Assembly (NCBI GenBank): GCA_036786355.1 | Contig: DAIQRI010000008.1 | Coordinates: 1,919-65,918, forward strand | DNA from: Cellulomonas sp. | GTDB taxonomy: Bacteria; Actinomycetota; Actinomycetes; Actinomycetales; Cellulomonadaceae | DNA length: 64,000 nucleotides | Direction of reading: 5' to 3' | Shown here: piece after piece, positions 58,525 to 64,000 of the stretch | Numbering within the stretch: the stretch's first letter is position 1 | Layout: each line of letters begins with the position of its first letter | Made by a program: the position numbers and the translations under genes | Notes under the pieces: model-generated | Database searches by the model: none | What the model saw: the letters and a program-made list of their open reading frames with translations, nothing else | What the model was told of the DNA's origin: nothing

Positions 58525-59439
58525 GTGAGACTGCAGTTCATCCTTTCCGAGATCGGCATCGGCCTGCGCCGCAACCTGTCGATGACCATCTCGGTCATTC
58601 TCGTGACGTTCGTGTCCCTGACCTTCGTCGGCGCCGCCGCACTGCTCCAGCAGCAGATCGCGCAGATGAAGGACGACTGGTACGGCAAGGTCGAGGTCTC
58701 GGTCTTCCTGTGCCCGCGCGGCTCGGAGCTGCCGACCTGCGCCTCGGGTGAGGTCACCCCCGAGCAGAAGCAAGCGGTCAAGGCGGAGCTCGCCTCGCCG
58801 GAGCTGAAGCGGTACGTCCAGACCGTGTACTACGAGAGCAAGCAGGACGCGTTCAAGTCGTTCCAGAAGAAGCTCTCCGACCAGCCGTGGGCCAAGGCGG
58901 TCACCGCGGACGACATGAACTCCTCCTTCCGTGTGAAGCTCGCCGACCCCCAGAAGTACCAGGTGGTCGCGGACGTGCTCACGGGCCGCCAGGGCGTCGA
59001 GGAAGTGCTCGACCAGCGACGGATCTTCGACACGCTCTTTCTCGTGCTCAACCGCGCGACCCTGATCTCGGTCGGACTTGCCACCGTGATGCTGCTCGCC
59101 GCCGTCCTGCTGATCACGACGACGATCCGGCTGTCGGCGATGAGCCGGCGCCGGGAGACCGGAATCATGCGTCTGGTCGGAGCATCCAACCTGTTTATTC
59201 AGCTCCCTTTCATGCTTGAGGGCGCGATTGCTGCCACAATCGGCGCGGGTCTGGCCGTCGGTGGCCTCTGGCTGGGGGTCCGTTACCTGGTCACCGATTG
59301 GCTCGGCAGTTCCGTGACCTTCGTCGACTACATCGACACGAGCAATGTGTGGTCCATCGCCCCGTATCTGGTAGCTGCCGCGGTCGTGCTCGCTGCGATC
59401 TCCTCGGTGGTCACTCTGAGTCGCTACACGAAGGTCTGA
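58525..59439 (+). CDS. ftsX: Cell division permease-like protein FtsX
   Basis: The 304-aa ORF follows GAGGAG. It begins [21 protein letters not shown], has a large extracytoplasmic loop after TM1, and three C-terminal TM helices. Confidence 0.9.
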   Translation: MRLQFILSEIGIGLRRNLSMTISVILVTFVSLTFVGAAALLQQQIAQMKDDWYGKVEVSVFLCPRGSELPTCASGEVTPEQKQAVKAELASPELKRYVQTVYYESKQDAFKSFQKKLSDQPWAKAVTADDMNSSFRVKLADPQKYQVVADVLTGRQGVEEVLDQRRIFDTLFLVLNRATLISVGLATVMLLAAVLLITTTIRLSAMSRRRETGIMRLVGASNLFIQLPFMLEGAIAATIGAGLAVGGLWLGVRYLVTDWLGSSVTFVDYIDTSNVWSIAPYLVAAAVVLAAISSVVTLSRYTKV

Positions 59440-59443
59440 GCCC

Positions 59444-60775
59444 ATGACGCAGCCCCGGATGCGGCGAACCCGTCGCCGCCTGATCGCCAGCACCATCACC
59501 GCCGTGCTCGTCGCGCTGACCGCGATCGCCGCACCGGCCATGGGTGACAGCTATGACGACCAGCGCCGCAACGCCGAGGCCCGGTCGGCCCAGCAGGCGA
59601 AGCGCGCCGAGCAGCTCGCGGCCTCGATCGAGGGGCTGAGCGCCGAGCTCGGCCAGGCGGTCCTCGACCTGCAGGCGACCGAGGCTCGCCTGCCGATCGC
59701 GCGGGCCGAGCTGGCCGCGGCCAAGAAGGAGCTCGAGGCCTCCCAGCGCGAGGCGGTGCTCATCGCGGCGCGGCTCGTGGACGCCAAGGCGCAGGAGACG
59801 TCGATCACCTCGACGATCACGGCCGACGACGCGCGCGACGCGACGATCCGGACCGCCGTCGGGCAGATGGCGCGGCGCGCGTACAAGGGCGAGACCGCCG
59901 CGACCGGCCTGAGCGTGGTCATGGACGCGAAGAGCACCCAGGACTTCGTGGACCAGTACGGCATGATCTCGACCGCGCTGCGCACCCAGACCCGCGCCCT
60001 GAACGAGCTCGAGCAGATCTCCGCCACGAACCGGAACGGGCGCGCGCGGCTGGTCGCGGTCAAGGACCGGGTCGCCGAGCTCAAGGTCGAGGCCGACGCG
60101 AAGGTCGTCGAGGCCGACAGGGCCCGGGCCGCGGCCGCCGCCCGGCAGGCCGAGATCGTCAAGCTGATCGCCGAGCAAGCGGCCAAGAAGAAGCTCATCG
60201 CCAGCAAGCGGGCGCAGGCCCAGGCCGAAGAGGCCAGGGTCGATGCCGAGCGCAACGCGATCGCTCGCGAGCTCGCCGGCATCATCGCCAGGCAGCGGGC
60301 GGCCGCCGCCGCGGCCGCCCGGGCCGCGGGCAGGATCTACCAGGCGCCGTCGGGGAACCTCACCGGCGTGCTGTTCGCCAACCCGACCTCGGTCAACCCG
60401 ATGTACGTGACATCGGAGTTTGGCATGCGGGTCAATCCCGTCACGGGAATTTACAAGCTGCACGCGGGCATCGATCTGCGGGCCCAGTGTGGTACTCCCA
60501 TCTTCGCGGCCCGCGCCGGCACCGTGCTGTGGGCGGAGTCCAGCGCCGCGCTCGGAAACCGCGTGATGATCAACCACGGTTTCGTGAGCGGGACGTTGTT
60601 GGCAAGCGCCTACTACCACCTGACCAGATACATCGTGAGCCCGGGACAGGGGGTCTCTCGGGGTCAGCTCATCGGCTTCGCCGGCGCGACCGGAAACGCC
60701 AACGGATGTCACCTCCATTTTGAGGTATGGAAGAACGGCTCGCCCGTGAACCCCCGCAGTTCGCTCGGCCTGTAG
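59444..60775 (+). CDS. Coiled-coil + M23 (LytM) peptidoglycan metalloendopeptidase (PcsB/EnvC-like architecture)
   Basis: The 443-aa ORF has a signal/TM segment, about 270 aa of Ala/Glu/Arg/Lys-rich heptad-like sequence, and then an M23 domain with intact HxxxD (HAGID) and HxH (HLH) motifs. Confidence 0.85.
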   Translation: MTQPRMRRTRRRLIASTITAVLVALTAIAAPAMGDSYDDQRRNAEARSAQQAKRAEQLAASIEGLSAELGQAVLDLQATEARLPIARAELAAAKKELEASQREAVLIAARLVDAKAQETSITSTITADDARDATIRTAVGQMARRAYKGETAATGLSVVMDAKSTQDFVDQYGMISTALRTQTRALNELEQISATNRNGRARLVAVKDRVAELKVEADAKVVEADRARAAAAARQAEIVKLIAEQAAKKKLIASKRAQAQAEEARVDAERNAIARELAGIIARQRAAAAAAARAAGRIYQAPSGNLTGVLFANPTSVNPMYVTSEFGMRVNPVTGIYKLHAGIDLRAQCGTPIFAARAGTVLWAESSAALGNRVMINHGFVSGTLLASAYYHLTRYIVSPGQGVSRGQLIGFAGATGNANGCHLHFEVWKNGSPVNPRSSLGL

Positions 60776-60855
60776 CCGGTCGGCCCCGAGAGCGCGATCC
60801 TCTAGGCTGAACTGGCACGAAGGACAGCGGCGAGGACGAACATGGAGGCTGGCAG

Positions 60856-61329
60856 GTGGCCCAGGAGCAGGTGCGCAAGCTGGTCGCCAGCAACCGCAAG
60901 GCGCGGCACGACTATTTCATCGAGGACGTGTTCGAGGCCGGTCTGATGCTGACCGGAACCGAGGTCAAGGCGCTGCGCGCGGGACGGGCGTCCCTGGTCG
61001 ACGGGTTCTGCTCGATCGACAACCGCGGCGAGGCCTGGCTCGAGGGCGTGCACATCCCCGAGTACTCGCAGGGCACCTGGACGAACCACGCGCCGCGGCG
61101 CAAGCGCAAGCTCCTGATGCACCGCCACGAGATCGAGCGGCTGCAGTCCAAGACGCAGGAGAAGGGGCACACGATCGTGCCGCTCTCGCTGTACTTCCTG
61201 GACGGGCGGGCCAAGGTCGAGATCGCTCTCGCGCGCGGCAAGAAGGAGTACGACAAGCGGCAGACGCTTCGCGAGAAGCAGGACACCCGCGAGGCCCAGC
61301 GCGCCATCTCCACCCACCGTGACCGCTGA
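60856..61329 (+). CDS. smpB: SsrA-binding protein SmpB
   Basis: The 157-aa ORF carries canonical SmpB blocks ([43 protein letters not shown]). Confidence 0.95.
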   Translation: MAQEQVRKLVASNRKARHDYFIEDVFEAGLMLTGTEVKALRAGRASLVDGFCSIDNRGEAWLEGVHIPEYSQGTWTNHAPRRKRKLLMHRHEIERLQSKTQEKGHTIVPLSLYFLDGRAKVEIALARGKKEYDKRQTLREKQDTREAQRAISTHRDR

Positions 61330-63211
61330 CCGAGCCGGGTCCGCGCGACACTCGCCGTTCGCCTCGCAGCGTGCTCGCGTCGCTGCCCTGATCGCGGTGC
61401 TGTGCGCGCTGCTGGTCGCCGTCGCGCTGCCCGCCCAGGCCGCGACGTCCGGCCGGCACATCACGCGTTACGACGCCACGGTCGACCTCGCCGCGGACGG
61501 GACCATGCACGTCCGGCTCGACTTCGACTTCGACTTCGGCGACAACCCCGGCCACGGGCCGTACATCACCCTGCCGACCACGCAGAGGTACGACGACGAG
61601 TTCGACCGCGTCTACGAGTACACCGACATCCACGCGACCTCGGACGATCCGCAGGCCGCGCCCGCCGACGTCAACCTCTCCGAGGACAACGGCTGGCTCC
61701 AGGTCGACGTCGGCGACGAGAGCAAGGACGACGTCAGCGGCACGCACCGGTACACGATCACCTACACCGCGCGCGGGCTGGTCAACTCGGCGGACACGAC
61801 GAACGCCGGGGACGAGCTGTACTGGAACGCGATCGGCGACACGTTGACGATCCCGCTGTCGAACGTCAGCATCACTGTCAACGGGCCGGCGCCGGTGCGG
61901 AAGGTGGCCTGTTTCGCGGGCTCGGTGGGCGCGACCGGCTCGTGCGACCTGGCCGCCGTCGACGGGTCACGGGCCCGGTTCGTGCAGGGATCCATCGAGC
62001 CGGGGGAGGCCCTGACCGTCGACGCGGGCTACGCGCCGGGAACGTTCACAGACGCCGCGCCGATCCTGCACGAGCGGTGGGAGCTCGGCAAGGCGTTCAC
62101 TCTCAACCCGTGGACCGGTTCCGCGACGATCGCCGTGCTGCTCGTCGGGATCGGCCTCGTGCTGAGCCGGGCCCGGCAGCGCGGCCGGGACGAGCAGTAC
62201 CTGGACCAGGTCCCCGGCCTGGCGCCGCTCGGTGACCAGCCGGGCGGCGTCGGGCCCCGACCGCGCCGGACGCCGATCGCGGTGCACTTCACCCCGCCGG
62301 CCGAGTTCCGCGCGGGCCAGCTCGGCACGCTGATCGACGAGCGTGCGGACCCGCGGGATGTCACCGCGACGATCGTCGACCTCGCGGTGCGGGGGTATCT
62401 GCGGATCGAGCAGACCGGGGCTGCGAACGCCCTCGGGCGCGGCGCGGACTGGCGCATGATCGCGCTGCGCGCCGCAGACGACGCGCTCGCGCCGTACGAG
62501 CGGACGCTGCTCAACGCCATCTTCGTCGGGCGCTCCGAGGTGACCTTGTCGGACCTCAAGACGACGTTTGCCAAGTCCATGACCCTGGTGCAGGGCCAGC
62601 TGTACGACGACGTCACCCAGCATGGCTGGTTCCGTGGGAACCCGAAGTCCGTGCGCACGCGCTGGTACGTCGCCGGGGGCCTGTTGACCCTGGCCGGTGC
62701 CGGTCTGACCGTGCTGCTCGCCGCGTTCACGCACTGGGGGCTCGTCGGGGTCGCGCTGCTGCTGGTCGGCGTCGTCCTGCTCGGGGTGGCCCGCACGGCA
62801 CCCGCGCGGACGGCCGACGGCACGGCGGTGCTTGCCCAGACCCTCGGCTTCCGGCAGTACCTCGCGACCGCCGAGGCGGAGCAGCTGAGGTTCGAGGAGG
62901 GCGAGGACCTGTTCAGCCGGTACCTGCCGCTCGCGATCGTGTTCGGGCTCACCGAGCGCTGGTCCGGGATCTTCGAGCGCCTCGCCGCGCAGGGCCGCCA
63001 GGTCCCGGAGCCCACCTGGTACAGCGGTGGCGGGTACCACCTGGGTGCGTTCTGGCTGGCTTCGAACTCGTTCGGGCAGGCGATGGAGAGCTTCTCGGCC
63101 ATCGCGTCCGAGTCGATCTCGGCGCCGACCCCCGGCTCGTCGGGGTCGTCGGGCTTCTCCGGGGGGTTCTCCGGCGGCGGCAGTGGCGGCGGGGGTGTCG
63201 GCGGCTGGTAG
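61319..63211 (+). CDS. DUF2207 domain membrane protein
   Basis: The 630-aa ORF has a signal peptide (ALPAQAATS) and a DUF2207 N-domain ([27 protein letters not shown]). TM helices follow, with a Gly/Ser-rich C-terminus. The GTG start overlaps the end of smpB by 11 nt. Confidence 0.8.
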   Translation: MTADRAGSARHSPFASQRARVAALIAVLCALLVAVALPAQAATSGRHITRYDATVDLAADGTMHVRLDFDFDFGDNPGHGPYITLPTTQRYDDEFDRVYEYTDIHATSDDPQAAPADVNLSEDNGWLQVDVGDESKDDVSGTHRYTITYTARGLVNSADTTNAGDELYWNAIGDTLTIPLSNVSITVNGPAPVRKVACFAGSVGATGSCDLAAVDGSRARFVQGSIEPGEALTVDAGYAPGTFTDAAPILHERWELGKAFTLNPWTGSATIAVLLVGIGLVLSRARQRGRDEQYLDQVPGLAPLGDQPGGVGPRPRRTPIAVHFTPPAEFRAGQLGTLIDERADPRDVTATIVDLAVRGYLRIEQTGAANALGRGADWRMIALRAADDALAPYERTLLNAIFVGRSEVTLSDLKTTFAKSMTLVQGQLYDDVTQHGWFRGNPKSVRTRWYVAGGLLTLAGAGLTVLLAAFTHWGLVGVALLLVGVVLLGVARTAPARTADGTAVLAQTLGFRQYLATAEAEQLRFEEGEDLFSRYLPLAIVFGLTERWSGIFERLAAQGRQVPEPTWYSGGGYHLGAFWLASNSFGQAMESFSAIASESISAPTPGSSGSSGFSGGFSGGGSGGGGVGGW

Positions 63212-63247
63212 CTCCGGGTGCCCCGGGGCACTGCGCCGTGCCCGGAG
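63212..63247. terminator. Nested GC-rich hairpin between the convergent DUF2207 and DinB-like genes
   Basis: CTCCGGG (63212-63218) pairs with CCCGGAG (63241-63247). This encloses the palindrome GTGCCCCGGGGCAC (63218-63231). Confidence 0.4.
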
Positions 63248-63258
63248 GGGCGCTGGGC

Positions 63259-63819
63259 TCAGGCGCGGCGGCCGAAGAGGGCGAGCAGGGCCGTCTGCGG
63301 GTCGTCCGACGACGTGCTGGGCAGGGCCTCGGCGAACAGCGGGTGCCGCAGCTCGGCGGACCGCGCGGTCCACTCGATCAGCAGGCGGTCCACGGTCGGC
63401 GGGTCGATCGTCTCGTCGAGGTGCAGCGCGCTGGCCAGGTCCCAGCCGTGGATCGCGAGGTCGGTGACCAGTTCCTCGAGGTAGTCGCGGGCCGCGCGCG
63501 GGCCGACCGACAGCTCGACGGTTCGGTCGGGGGCGCCCTCCGCCATCAACGCCGCCCCGGCCGCGACGATGGCTTGCCGCCAGGTCGCGACGGCGTCCTC
63601 GCCGAGCACGTCGCCCTCGAACTTGTCGCCGACGTCGGCGATGGTGCGCCCGGCCAGGAGCTCGGGTACCCACAGCTGCTCGGCGGTCAGGTGGTTCACG
63701 AGGTCGCGTACCGACCAGTCGGCGCACGGTGTCGGGGCGTCCCAGCGATCACCGATGGCGTCGACCAGGGACGTGAACTTGTCGGCGTTCACCCGGTGCA
63801 GAGTCAGTAGCTCGTCCAT
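63259..63819 (-). CDS. Mycothiol-dependent maleylpyruvate isomerase-family (DinB-like) protein
   Basis: It is part of ORF 63259..63840(-), with the start at the ATG at 63819 (MDELLTLHRVNADKFTSLVDAIGDRWDAPTPCADWSVRDLVNHL). This is the N-terminal signature of the mycothiol-type DinB/MDMPI family. Confidence 0.7.
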   Translation of the reverse strand: MDELLTLHRVNADKFTSLVDAIGDRWDAPTPCADWSVRDLVNHLTAEQLWVPELLAGRTIADVGDKFEGDVLGEDAVATWRQAIVAAGAALMAEGAPDRTVELSVGPRAARDYLEELVTDLAIHGWDLASALHLDETIDPPTVDRLLIEWTARSAELRHPLFAEALPSTSSDDPQTALLALFGRRA

Positions 63820-63895
63820 ACGGCAATCTTGCGACAACACCTGCCGGCTCGCAGCGCAAACCGACGTCAGAGCCGGCGCGGCTGGGCGGGGCGGC

Positions 63896-64000
63896 TCAGG
63901 CCGGGTCGGACGCCGGCACGATGGATCGCGGGATGCCCTGCCCCGAGGGGTCGAGCCCGAGCGAGGTGATGCGACGGCTACGGTCGGGCGTGATCTCCAC
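63896..64000 (-). CDS. 3' end of an unidentified gene that continues beyond the window
   Basis: The reverse-strand frame is open to the window edge and ends at TGA (63898-63896). It encodes ...EITPDRSRRITSLGLDPSGQGIPRSIVPASDPA with strongly GC-biased third codon positions. The fragment is too short to name. Confidence 0.3.
   Translation of the reverse strand: MEITPDRSRRITSLGLDPSGQGIPRSIVPASDPA

Noticed and set aside
61330-64000. tmRNA (ssrA) expected downstream of smpB
   Set aside because: The DUF2207 gene overlaps the smpB stop. I saw no GGGG...tRNA-like acceptor or ANDENYALAA-type tag reading frame in the remaining sequence. ssrA must lie elsewhere.

Overview
The window is a high-GC (about 70-75% by eye) chromosomal core segment from an Actinomycetota genome. 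Gene content resembles the Micrococcales, possibly Cellulomonas-like, but I cannot determine the genus. I support about 60 protein-coding genes, packed tightly. Many junctions use 4-nt ATGA/GTGA start/stop overlaps, which indicates translational coupling. I recognised no rRNA, tRNA, tmRNA, CRISPR array, IS element or prophage.

Gene order:
- ProW/ProV-type osmoprotectant ABC transporter
- ABC-F ATPase
- ahcY
- RDD and SpoIIM-like membrane proteins
- a six-gene coupled operon: membrane protein, DUF4129, DUF4350, MoxR, DUF58, AlkZ-like winged-helix protein
- mtrA-mtrB-lpqB
- ComF-like PRTase, hpf, a YcaQ-like glycosylase, secA
- Rv3235-like and LysM genes, a small HTH gene
- SAF/CpaB-like protein and an Ssd/TadZ-like ATPase
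- hisN, rsgA, aroA, DoxX, ferritin
- sigH-rshA
- a 24-aa bL37-like ORF that the six-frame track does not list
- pilT, DUF4097-PadR, an SGNH hydrolase, kgd
- an OmpR/HK plus ABC-2 four-gene module
- two CNNM/DUF21-CBS genes, an M15 peptidase, an aldose epimerase
- a Tad/Flp-type pilus core: tadA, tadB, tadC, a DUF4244-like pilin and three TadE-like genes
- prfB, ftsE, ftsX, a coiled-coil M23 peptidase, smpB, DUF2207, and a mycothiol-type DinB-like enzyme

Most interesting non-routine signals:
1. The uncharacterised MoxR/DUF58/DUF4350/DUF4129 envelope operon sits next to mtrAB-lpqB.
2. A 72-nt near-perfect palindrome lies in frame inside the AlkZ-like gene.
3. Two copies of a perfect 54-56-nt palindrome share a 48-nt core and differ by a compensatory base-pair change. 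Each is wedged between convergent stop codons.
4. An exact GGAAT-N18-GTT SigR/SigH-type promoter precedes sigH, followed by an in-frame upstream extension.
5. The Tad locus is split into two blocks about 22 kb apart.

All family names come from my own reading of the translated sequences and from memory of these families. None has been verified by a database search.
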